Below, piece after piece: positions 49,167-58,074 of a DNA stretch of 64,000 nt. Numbering within the stretch: position 1 is the first letter of the stretch; the number at the start of each line of letters is the position of its first letter. This DNA is from Chromatiales bacterium (lineage in GTDB: Bacteria; Pseudomonadota; Gammaproteobacteria; SZUA-152): the NCBI GenBank assembly GCA_027010265.1, contig JALVCE010000122.1, positions 681 to 64,680 of the forward strand, written 5' to 3'. The position numbers were made by a program, and so were the translations under genes. Below the pieces are notes generated by a model. It ran no database searches. It saw only the letters and a list, made by a program, of their open reading frames with translations, and had not been told where the DNA came from.

Positions 49167-50465
49167 ATGAAGCGAACAATGAAGAGTCTTCTGGCGGTAA
49201 CAGTATCAGCAGCGCTGTGCACGCCGATAGCGGCAATGGCCACCAATGGTTATTTTGCGCATGGTTATGGCACCAAGAATAAAGGCCTGGCTGGAGCTGG
49301 TGTGGCGTTACCCCAGGATTCGATGATCGCAGCCACAAACCCTGCGGGGATGGTCTTTGTGGGTAATCGCCTGGATGTGGGTGCAGCCATTTTCAGTCCG
49401 AATCCGCGTTCTTACACTGTGACAGGAAATCCTTCGGGTGCCCCCGGCACGTTTGGACTGGCTCCCGGAAAAGTAGAAAGCGAGGATGGTGTTTTCCTGA
49501 TCCCCCATTTCGGCCGTAACTGGATGCTTGATGCCAACAGTTCGGTGGGTGTTACGGTGTATGGTAATGGTGGTATGAATACCGAATACAAAGGTACTCC
49601 CGGTACCTTTGGCGCAGGTACCGCAGGTGTGAATCTTGAACAGTTGTTTGTGGGCGTCACCTATGCCCGCAAGATCAATGATAAGGCCTCCTGGGGTGTG
49701 ACCCCGATTCTTGCTTACCAGCGTTTTAAGGCGGATGGTCTGGCGAATTTTGCGCCCTTCTCATTGGATGCCAATAATTTGACAAACAATGGCGTGTCCA
49801 CCAGTAGCGGATATGGTTTGAAGCTGGGTGTGCAGGGTGAGGCAGTACCGGGTGTGACCCTGGCAGCGTCTTACCAGAGCAAAATGTCCATGAGTGAGTT
49901 TGATGAATATTCCGGGTTGTTTGCAGAAAAGGGCGACTTTGATATTCCAGCAACGGCGACACTGGGCGTTGCCTGGGCAACATCAACCGATACGGTACTG
50001 ACCTTGGATCTTCAGAAGATCTATTACAGCACCATCGCTTCCATTGCGAATCCCATTTCCAACCTGACCAGCCCTACGGGTTGCGGTGGAGGTGATACTA
50101 CTCAGTGTCTAGGTGGTTCCAACGGCGCGGGTTTTGGTTGGGAAGACATGACTATCCTCAAGCTCGGTTATCAGTGGGCTACCAACAACGGTTGGACATG
50201 GCGCGCAGGTGTGAGCAAGGGCGATATGCCGATTCCTTCTTCCGAGGTTATGTTTAACATCCTTGCCCCAGCAGTGATGGAAAAACATTTCACCTTTGGT
50301 TTCACCAAGGAAGTGGGTACCGACAATGAGTTCAATTTCTCGGCCATGTATGCACCCAATGCCAGTGTCAAGGGCCCTAACCCCATGGAGGCGCCTGGCC
50401 AGCAGAGTATTGAGCTGGAAATGACCCAGTGGGAGCTGGAAGGCAGCTGGGCAGTCAAGTTCTAA
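49167..50465 (+). CDS. FadL/OmpP1/TodX-family outer-membrane transport protein (second, divergent)
   Basis: Signal peptide, NGYFAHGYGTKNKGLAGAGVA ... NPAG, and a terminal WAVKF. Start taken at MKRTMKS. Confidence 0.8.
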   Translation: MKRTMKSLLAVTVSAALCTPIAAMATNGYFAHGYGTKNKGLAGAGVALPQDSMIAATNPAGMVFVGNRLDVGAAIFSPNPRSYTVTGNPSGAPGTFGLAPGKVESEDGVFLIPHFGRNWMLDANSSVGVTVYGNGGMNTEYKGTPGTFGAGTAGVNLEQLFVGVTYARKINDKASWGVTPILAYQRFKADGLANFAPFSLDANNLTNNGVSTSSGYGLKLGVQGEAVPGVTLAASYQSKMSMSEFDEYSGLFAEKGDFDIPATATLGVAWATSTDTVLTLDLQKIYYSTIASIANPISNLTSPTGCGGGDTTQCLGGSNGAGFGWEDMTILKLGYQWATNNGWTWRAGVSKGDMPIPSSEVMFNILAPAVMEKHFTFGFTKEVGTDNEFNFSAMYAPNASVKGPNPMEAPGQQSIELEMTQWELEGSWAVKF

Positions 50466-50496
50466 TGGGTAGTTGCTGACAAGCAGTGATGCTAAG

Positions 50497-50528
50497 AAAA
50501 GGGGCATGATCACATGCCCCTTTTTCTT
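50497..50528 (+). terminator. rho-independent terminator
   Basis: GGGGCATG-ATCA-CATGCCCC followed by TTTTT. Confidence 0.75.
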
Positions 50529-50569
50529 TGCCCGAAATATGATTGATTTTGTTAATGGAGGTTGCATAA

Positions 50570-51487
50570 ATGCTTATTAAAAGATTGCCGGCCCTGCTGC
50601 TTGCCGGCTTGCTGCTGGGTTTGGTGGGTGGCGCGCAGGCGGCTGAAAAATTGTTCCCCTTTGTACTGGCCTCAACCGGCTCGGGTGATGTGGCTGCGAC
50701 GCTGAGCGAGGTAAAGGCCAAGTTGAGTGGCGCGGGTTTCGAGCTGGTGGGGGAATATTCGCCCTACGATAAAGCAGTTATCCTCATCGTCACATCCGAG
50801 GCCCTGAAAAATGCGGCGGCGAAATCCACGTTTGGTGGCTATGCAGCAGGTCAGCGGGTTTCCGTTACCAAGGTGGGCGATGAGATTCAGGTTGCCTACA
50901 CCAATCCGGTGTACATGGCCAATGCCTACCGGATGAAAGTAACCTTGCAGGATACGGCAGACAGGTTAAAAGCCGCCTTGGGGGCTATAAAGCAATACGG
51001 TCCCGAAGAGGGGATGGAAGCGGAGGATATTCGCAATTACCATTACATGTTTGGCATGGAATACTTTGATGAACCCAGCGTGCTGGCGGAATATAAATCC
51101 TTCAAGGAAGCGGTTGATAGAGTGGAAGCGGGGCTGGCGGCCAAAAAGGGAGGAGTGTCCAAGGTATATCGTATCGATGTGCCTGGAAAGGATGAGAGTG
51201 TGTTTGGTGTCCATCTCACCGATGGCTGCAGCAGTGACAAGTTCATTATGGGGCATATTGATTTCAAGCCCATCCGTTCCACGCCTCACCTGCCTTATGA
51301 AATGCTGGTCTCCGGCAACAAGGTGTACGCGCTGTACGCACGCTTTCGTATCGCCATCAATTTTCCTGACCTGAAGATGATGGGCGCCAACAGTTTCTTT
51401 AAGATCATGTGTGCGCCGGATGCTATTGAAGAGGCCTTGATGCAGGCTGCCGGGGTGAACAAATCAACAGACGAGGACGAGTTCTGA
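50570..51487 (+). CDS. exported protein of unknown function
   Basis: Signal peptide LLLGLVGGAQA|AE. 305 aa with no motif I can name. Confidence 0.6.
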   Translation: MLIKRLPALLLAGLLLGLVGGAQAAEKLFPFVLASTGSGDVAATLSEVKAKLSGAGFELVGEYSPYDKAVILIVTSEALKNAAAKSTFGGYAAGQRVSVTKVGDEIQVAYTNPVYMANAYRMKVTLQDTADRLKAALGAIKQYGPEEGMEAEDIRNYHYMFGMEYFDEPSVLAEYKSFKEAVDRVEAGLAAKKGGVSKVYRIDVPGKDESVFGVHLTDGCSSDKFIMGHIDFKPIRSTPHLPYEMLVSGNKVYALYARFRIAINFPDLKMMGANSFFKIMCAPDAIEEALMQAAGVNKSTDEDEF

Positions 51488-51591
51488 AGACGGTAGGCGC
51501 CGTCAGGGTGTGGGCCGTGCCTGGGGCGGCATGCTGTGCCCAGCAGGCAGCGCCCTGTGATTACGTGTTGGTATACGCGGTGTGTTGGATG

Positions 51592-52743
51592 TTACTTTGT
51601 CAGCAAGCGATCCAGCAGGCTTGGGTCGGATTCGCTGTAGGTTTTTATGAGCGCGCCGATCTGCGGGTTGTTCTCATTGGCCGCAATGGCTGCGGCGGTA
51701 TCGCCGAGAAGATTGGCGTGTTTCAAATCCGCATCATTGCGCAGTAACAACTCGGTGGTTTTGCGAAAACCACCCAGCACGGCGAGTTGCAGTGGCGAGT
51801 TACCCGTTGCGTTGGCGGTATTTATATTGGCGCCGGCATCGATCAGTGCCTGCAGCACGGCATAGTTACCACGCATTGCTGCAAAATGTATGGCGCTGTT
51901 GCCGGTATGTGTCACCAGGTTGGTGTCGGCGCCGTGGTTGATGAGCCATAGGGCCAGCTCGGTGTGATCCGCCTTGATGGCCCGCATCAGCGGTGTCTGA
52001 CCATGCTTGTCGGCACTGTCGATGTTGGCGCCGTTTTTTACCAATTGCCGGGTAATCACCATTTGGCCGCCGTCGGCCGCAAGCCACAGCGCGGATTCGC
52101 CATGCTTGTCGGTGGCATTTATCGCAGCCCCGAACTGTAAAAGTAATTGCGAGATACGTGGATAGCCCAGCCGCGCGGCGATGCTTAAAGCGGTTCTGCC
52201 CTGGTGGGTTTTTATGTCTGGGTTGGCATGATTCTTCAGCAAATAACGCACCACAGGGCGATGGCGCATGCGTACGGCCCACATCAATGGTGTTCGGCCA
52301 TGATTATCCTGACTGTCGAGCTGCGCCCCCTTCTGATGCAGTAACATGACGGTTTTGCGGTGTCCCTGCCGTGAGGCCCAGGCCAAGGCGGACAGTCCGT
52401 CTTTATCCCGTTGATTGATGGCGGCGCCCTGTTTGAGCAGGACTTTCAGGGTGTCCTGATTGCCATTCCACGCGGCGTAAATCAGTGCGCTGCGTCCGTC
52501 TTCATCCATGGCATTGATATTGTGCGGCTTTTTCAGCAGGCGCGTCACAATTTCCGGTTGTCCACGCCAGGCGGCATACATTAATTCGGTCCAGCTGCTG
52601 AACAGCTTGGACTTGGGGTTGTCAATGGGGTGGCCGGCATGCGCAACGGAAGAACTATACAGCGCTACTAACCCTGCCAGCAGTAGTGCTGTGGACAATC
52701 TTCCCATGGACGGGGTGAGCATTGATCTGCGGATGGTCTGCAT
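51592..52743 (-). CDS. periplasmic ankyrin-repeat protein
   Basis: Signal peptide (LLLAGLVALYSSSVAHA) followed by about 9 ankyrin repeats (G.T.LM.A......V..LL..GA). Start trimmed to ATG 52743. Confidence 0.85.
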   Translation of the reverse strand: MQTIRRSMLTPSMGRLSTALLLAGLVALYSSSVAHAGHPIDNPKSKLFSSWTELMYAAWRGQPEIVTRLLKKPHNINAMDEDGRSALIYAAWNGNQDTLKVLLKQGAAINQRDKDGLSALAWASRQGHRKTVMLLHQKGAQLDSQDNHGRTPLMWAVRMRHRPVVRYLLKNHANPDIKTHQGRTALSIAARLGYPRISQLLLQFGAAINATDKHGESALWLAADGGQMVITRQLVKNGANIDSADKHGQTPLMRAIKADHTELALWLINHGADTNLVTHTGNSAIHFAAMRGNYAVLQALIDAGANINTANATGNSPLQLAVLGGFRKTTELLLRNDADLKHANLLGDTAAAIAANENNPQIGALIKTYSESDPSLLDRLLTK

Positions 52744-52941
52744 TGTTGCTGGGGGACTCCTTGTTGCTTTCTGTGCTGGCAGGGTGTCGAACTGTTGAGC
52801 CAGCCTGGTGGCCCACTTATACTGCAATTCTGCGCGGCGGAAAACCATGGGTCTGATTTTTCGAAAACAGCGGTAAGCAGGGGCCGAGTCCTGGGCGATA
52901 AGTTCCAAAGTTAGGTAGACAGTTCCTGAAGTAGAGCAAAG

Positions 52942-54384
52942 GTGATAATGGGCAATCCATGTAGTACCCAATCTGGCAGGGGTCCCCACCCAATCTGGCA
53001 GGTCATTGCATCGCTGATAGTGTTACAGGCGTTTGCCAGTCTGGTGTCTGCCGATGACGATCCAGCGTACGGTTCCCTTGATGAAACCCCTTCCGCCTTT
53101 GCCTTTTTCAGGGAACAGGCCGAGCAGGGCAGTGAGGAGGCGCAATACAATCTGGCGGTGATGTATGAGACAGGCTGGAGCGTGGCGGTCAATCATCGGC
53201 AGGCCGTTCGCTGGTTTCGAGAGGCGGCCAGACAGGGCAATGTGAACGCCCAGCTGCGTTTGGGTATGCTCTATTACCTGGGGCTGGGCGCCCGGCAGAG
53301 TAATATCAAGGGCGAAAAATGGATACGCAAGGCGGCAAAGCAGGGGCATCCCCTGGCGAAAGAACTGAATCGTCTGCTGTTTAAGGAAGAATTGCCCGAT
53401 GGCTTGTCCGCGGCGACAGTAATGTCCCGTGTGCGTGATGCCTATCTGGCGGATGAGCAATCGGCGGGAGCAGTGCTGGCGTCTATTACCCGACAGGCCC
53501 AGCGCAAGAATGAGCGGCTTGCCGAACAAAAAGAAGAGACCACCATCCGTGAGCGCAGGGCTCAGCGTGGCATTGAAGGCCCGGTGAGACCCGGTTTTTC
53601 CCCTGCGCAAAGTGTGGAACGCATTGGCAGTGCAGTGCCTGACTTTATCTCTGATGACTCAGTGGAAAAAAATCAAACCCTGTCCCGTGGCAACATAGCC
53701 ACACTCCGGCTTCAGGCGGAGCGGGGCCTGGCCAGTGCGCAATACAGTCTGGGGCGGATGTATGAAACCGGCCTGAAGTTGCCTGTGGACAAAAAGCGGG
53801 CCATGGAATGGTATGAGAAAGCCGCCCGCCAGGGATACGCGGATGCGGAATATCGTCTGGGTATTGCGCTGTACTATGGCACCGGCCCCACTCGTGATGA
53901 AGAAGAAGGTAAAAAATGGTTACGGCTGGCGGCCGGGCACGGTCATCCGGTGGCGAAAAATATGATGAATAAACTGGACGGGGAAGGTGTCGCCGCAACG
54001 CGTAATATGTCACTGGCGGTTCGGTGGTATCTTGAGCGCGCCACGCAAGGTGATCGTGAAGCCGCGTTTCACCTGGGAAAGATTTATGAACATGGCTGGG
54101 GTGTAAGCGGCGATCTTTCCGAAGCGTTTAAATGGTACCGGCTGGCCGCGCAGTCAGGGAATGAGCAGGCACAGTTACTGGTCTCGCAATTGCAGCCGCG
54201 CTTGGGTGAGAGAAAGGAAGAGGATCCGCCGTCATGGCTGGCAACACAACTGTCAGGCTATGGTTTGCCGCAATGGCTGGCGCATCCGCTGGTCATTGCA
54301 TCCATCGTTCTGGTGATTGTCTGGCCCTTACGACCGTGGCGCCGGAAAAAGGGACAGACCAATGGTGAGCTGCCCGAACCGTAG
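52942..54384 (+). CDS. Sel1-repeat (SLR/TPR-like) protein with C-terminal TM anchor
   Basis: Signal-like N-terminus, repeated AQYNLAVMYETGWGV / A..WY.KAA.QG units, and a terminal TM followed by RRKK. Confidence 0.85.
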   Translation: MIMGNPCSTQSGRGPHPIWQVIASLIVLQAFASLVSADDDPAYGSLDETPSAFAFFREQAEQGSEEAQYNLAVMYETGWSVAVNHRQAVRWFREAARQGNVNAQLRLGMLYYLGLGARQSNIKGEKWIRKAAKQGHPLAKELNRLLFKEELPDGLSAATVMSRVRDAYLADEQSAGAVLASITRQAQRKNERLAEQKEETTIRERRAQRGIEGPVRPGFSPAQSVERIGSAVPDFISDDSVEKNQTLSRGNIATLRLQAERGLASAQYSLGRMYETGLKLPVDKKRAMEWYEKAARQGYADAEYRLGIALYYGTGPTRDEEEGKKWLRLAAGHGHPVAKNMMNKLDGEGVAATRNMSLAVRWYLERATQGDREAAFHLGKIYEHGWGVSGDLSEAFKWYRLAAQSGNEQAQLLVSQLQPRLGERKEEDPPSWLATQLSGYGLPQWLAHPLVIASIVLVIVWPLRPWRRKKGQTNGELPEP

Positions 54385-54404
54385 ATGTAATGTTCCGCGG
54401 AGGT

Positions 54405-55772
54405 TTACAAAGTACCGCGTTTGGTTTCGATTTCAACGCCCAGTGACTTGAGCATGGGGGTGGGCAGGATGCCGCCGGCACAAACAATGACGGCATCATT
54501 TTCAATAGTGACCTCTCCATCTTCCGTATTGATAGTTACCTGCTTCTCTGTAATTTCCTTTACTGTGGACTTGAGTAAGACAGTCATTTTCTTGGCATTG
54601 GCCGAGGCGCTGACCTTGTCGACATTTTTCGGGTTTGCCTTGGCGAATGCACCACTGCGGTAAGAAAGGGTGACGGTAGCACCGGGTTCGTCGGCGATGG
54701 TGATAGCGGCTTCCAGGGCACTGTTTCCGCCGCCCACCACGAGAACGTGTTTGTTGCGGAATTCCGCGGGGTCCGCAAGACGGTAAATGACCTTGCTTTG
54801 TTCTTCACCGGGGACACCCAGCTTGCGGGGGGTGCCGCGTCTGCCAATGGCCAGCAATACACTTTTTGTGTGATACGTGGCTTTGGGGCTCGTTACCATA
54901 AAACCATCTCTGGTTTTCTCGATGGATTCCATGCGTTCCATGCAATTGATCCTGACACCGGTTTGCTTTTCCACGTTTTGCCAGAAATCCATGAGGATTT
55001 CCTTGGTGGTTTCATTGAATTTTGCCTGGCCGACAATGGGTAACAATACCGGCGCGGTCATGACAATTTTTCCTCGGGGGAAATGTGCCACTGTCCCCCC
55101 CAGGGTTTCCTGTTCCAGGGTGACATAATTCAGGTTATGTTCGTGGGCATCGAGGGTGGCGGAAAAGCCGGCCGGGCCTGCGCCGATGATCACGACGTCA
55201 TAGGGAACGCTGGACTGGGAGTTGCTGATGGCCTGGCGGATGGACTCCATGGCCTGGCGTCCCTGCTCAATGGCGTTGCGAATCAGACCCATGCCGCCAA
55301 GCTCGCCGGCAACAAACAGACCGGGTACGTTGGTTTCGAAATTGGGGTTCAACATGGGGATATCGACACCCCGTTTTTCATTTCCGATCACCAGGGAGAT
55401 GGCATCCGTGGGGCAAGCCGTCTTGCAGGCGCCGTGGCCGATGCAGTGGCTGGGGTTGACCAGGTGCGCCTTTTCACGAATCACGCCGAGAACATTGCCT
55501 TCCGGACAGGCGTCCACACAGGTGGCGCAGCCAAGGCAGATGTTGTGGTCGATGATGGGGTGCAGTGAAGTGGGGGGATCGGCCAGGCCCGCCTGTTTGG
55601 ATTCTTCCAGGATGCGCTGGCTCTGTTCGTCACGTCGTTTTTTTACGGCACGATAGATGAACCACGCCAACGCAATGGGCACCAAAAAGACCAATACATC
55701 ATAGGCACTGTTTATGCCCGCCACCGACAGCAAATACAGTATGTCGGTGAGAAACTCAGAGCGTTGTTCCAT
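54405..55772 (-). CDS. membrane-anchored 2x FeS ferredoxin-domain / FAD-NAD(P)H oxidoreductase (TrxR-like fold)
   Basis: N-terminal TM followed by KKRRDE (cytoplasmic body), CLGCATCVDACP and CIGHGACKTACP, then DVVIIGAGPAG (FAD) and VLVVGGGNSALEAA (NAD(P)H). Confidence 0.85.
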   Translation of the reverse strand: MEQRSEFLTDILYLLSVAGINSAYDVLVFLVPIALAWFIYRAVKKRRDEQSQRILEESKQAGLADPPTSLHPIIDHNICLGCATCVDACPEGNVLGVIREKAHLVNPSHCIGHGACKTACPTDAISLVIGNEKRGVDIPMLNPNFETNVPGLFVAGELGGMGLIRNAIEQGRQAMESIRQAISNSQSSVPYDVVIIGAGPAGFSATLDAHEHNLNYVTLEQETLGGTVAHFPRGKIVMTAPVLLPIVGQAKFNETTKEILMDFWQNVEKQTGVRINCMERMESIEKTRDGFMVTSPKATYHTKSVLLAIGRRGTPRKLGVPGEEQSKVIYRLADPAEFRNKHVLVVGGGNSALEAAITIADEPGATVTLSYRSGAFAKANPKNVDKVSASANAKKMTVLLKSTVKEITEKQVTINTEDGEVTIENDAVIVCAGGILPTPMLKSLGVEIETKRGTL

Positions 55773-56093
55773 AATCCGTTATCTGTAACCCATAAAGAAA
55801 TCATGGTGATTGAGCGACTCTTGTGTATTTCGGTGCATTTCGGGGCTTGTACACACTGGCCCCGGGGCGCCGCCGATATAGTGGGTCGTTTTATGAAAAT
55901 CAATCACTTGTGGGAAACATATCCTTGCTGATGCCTAATTGCAATGCCTCTCGAGCGCATTGACAAGGGCCGGACGCTAGGGGATACAATGGCGTCACGT
56001 GGCCAAATATGGCACGGAAGCGGTATTTCATGCCCAGGTATTGTTCAACCTCGGTTGCTCAACGGGGGCTTTACATGGAGCAAATGCAGTCAT

Positions 56094-56852
56094 ATGAGCA
56101 GCCAATCCTCTTTTCTCACATGGTTACGTCATCCCGCCAGCATGGTGCTGATCATCGCCCTGGTGCTGATGCTTGTGGTGATGTCCGAACAATCGCCCCG
56201 GCAAGGGGATGGCACCACGGCGCCACCCCTGGCGCCTGAGCCCGCCAGCGTCGAGGCGGCACCGGCAGGCGCGCCGGCGGCCCCGGCCAGGATGGGTGGG
56301 GAATTGCCACGCATCGTGCGTCAGTTATCCGCCCCTGGGCAGAGCGCACCGGCGGCGAAAAAACCAGGCAGCGCCGCAGCCCCCGGCCGGTTACAGGCCC
56401 CCGATCTGGGCAGCCTGCTGGGTCGGCTGGAGGACAAGGTGAAGGCTGAACCCAGCAATATGGGCAATCGCCTATTGCTCGCGCAGACCTATAACGAACT
56501 GGGCCTGGGGGACAAGGCGCTGCAGGAGGCGCGCGCTGCCCGGCAGCAGGATCCCCGGCATGCCCGGGCCAAGCTGGTGTTGGCCGCTATTCTCAGTACC
56601 CGTGATGACCCGGCCGGTCTGCAGGAGGCCGCAGAGCTGTTGCAGGAACTGACCAGTGATTCCCAAATCAAACAATACCTGGTGGCCATGTACCAGGGGG
56701 ATGTGGCCATTCGCCAGGGCGATCATGACAAGGCGCTGCGTTTTTGGCAGCGGGCGCTGGATGAGATGCCGGTATCCGATAATCGTCGTGCCAGTATTGA
56801 AAAGCGCGTTGCTGAGCTGTCCGCCAAGGCATCTTCATCGGTTGAGGGCTGA
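56094..56852 (+). CDS. membrane-anchored Pro/Ala-rich TPR protein (CcmI/NrfG-like?)
   Basis: A TM (MVLIIALVLMLVVM), a P/A-rich linker, then TPR-like helices (LLLAQTYNELGLGDKALQEA...). Start uncertain: the ORF is open from 55944. The functional analogy is inference only. Confidence 0.6.
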   Translation: MSSQSSFLTWLRHPASMVLIIALVLMLVVMSEQSPRQGDGTTAPPLAPEPASVEAAPAGAPAAPARMGGELPRIVRQLSAPGQSAPAAKKPGSAAAPGRLQAPDLGSLLGRLEDKVKAEPSNMGNRLLLAQTYNELGLGDKALQEARAARQQDPRHARAKLVLAAILSTRDDPAGLQEAAELLQELTSDSQIKQYLVAMYQGDVAIRQGDHDKALRFWQRALDEMPVSDNRRASIEKRVAELSAKASSSVEG

Positions 56853-57030
56853 ATAAAGCGGGAATGGGACGAGTGGTGGGGCTGGTCACGACAGGGTCAC
56901 GAGGTGTGGGCAACTCCACCCGTTTGTCTCGGCATTTTTCGGGGGCTTCGTACAAAACATTGCAGGGTTTGAATCTGTATTAGGCAGGGTATTCTGGAAA
57001 ATCGGTCGAATAAAGTGGTATGGAGCTGTA

Positions 57031-58074
57031 GTGACAATGATGCTGTTTTTCAGATTCGCCAAACAGGAAGCGGTGGGTACCGAAGAGGGTGCGTCATTTT
57101 CGGCGGGGTCGGCGAAGATGAACGGTAGCCAGCAGGCGGGGGCGCTTACCCCGGCAACGCCCCCTTTGGAATTTTCCGCGGTGAAACTGCTGTCCGACCG
57201 CTACCCTTCTTTTATCGCCCGCGCCAACGAGGCCCGCTCGAAAAGTGAGTCACGGATCGTACTCATCGTTCTGTTGTTCATTTCTGCCCTGATGCTGGCC
57301 GCCTGGGCTGTCTGGGATCCGCGTTATTTTCACTCCGACAGCGACCTGGTGTACAACATGGGACTCTTCGGCGGCATCATGATGCTGGTGACCCTGCTCT
57401 ACGCCATGCGCAAGCGGATTCGTCTGATGCGAAAACTCGGCGAGCTGAGTTACTGGTATTACTTGCATCTGACCATGGGTGTGCTGGGTCCGGTGCTGAT
57501 CATTTTTCACAGTTCATTCACCATGAAGTCGCTGAACAGCTCGGTGTCGATGATCGCCATGTTGTGTATTATCGCCAGTGGTATTTTTGGTCGATACGTC
57601 TATACCCGCATTGGTTATCGCGTGCACAGTCATCTTCTGGCGATTCGTGATACGGAAGAACGCCTGGCCAGGGCAATGGAAAATTTCCAAGGTAAGGAAA
57701 CAGACGCCATTCGCAAATCCCTTACAGTGTTGACCATGTTGGTGGTGAACATGCCGCAATCACTGTTCCATTTGCCTGCGCGTTTTTTCGCGCTGCGCGC
57801 CAGGGCCGCCAAGTGTTATGTCGACGGGATCGGGCATATTTCAGCCATGTTAAAACAGCGCGCGCAGGAGGAAGACTGGGACAAGCTGACGTACCATGCG
57901 GAGTTTGCGCGGGAAAAGCGCCTGTTTCGTGAGCATATCAATGCCCTGGTGAAAATCGGCCAATTGCATTTTTATGAACGATTGCTGGTGGGTTGGCGAA
58001 TTTTTCATGTTCCCCTGATCTTTATTCTGGTCATCTCGGGACTGGTGCATGTTTTTGCGGTGCACTGGTATTAA
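57031..58074 (+). CDS. 5-TM membrane protein with two H-x13-H motifs (putative di-haem b electron-transfer subunit)
   Basis: TM3 is YLH-LTMGVLGPVLIIF-H and TM5 is FH-VPLIFILVISGLV-H. Both are predicted to run in the same direction by the positive-inside rule. I do not recognise the family. Confidence 0.65.
   Translation: MTMMLFFRFAKQEAVGTEEGASFSAGSAKMNGSQQAGALTPATPPLEFSAVKLLSDRYPSFIARANEARSKSESRIVLIVLLFISALMLAAWAVWDPRYFHSDSDLVYNMGLFGGIMMLVTLLYAMRKRIRLMRKLGELSYWYYLHLTMGVLGPVLIIFHSSFTMKSLNSSVSMIAMLCIIASGIFGRYVYTRIGYRVHSHLLAIRDTEERLARAMENFQGKETDAIRKSLTVLTMLVVNMPQSLFHLPARFFALRARAAKCYVDGIGHISAMLKQRAQEEDWDKLTYHAEFAREKRLFREHINALVKIGQLHFYERLLVGWRIFHVPLIFILVISGLVHVFAVHWY

Noticed and set aside
55960-55990. 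TTGACA ... TACAAT promoter-like pair upstream of the TPR gene.
   Set aside because: The spacer is 19 nt, too long for a confident sigma70 call, and the TPR gene start is itself uncertain. Not reported as a feature.
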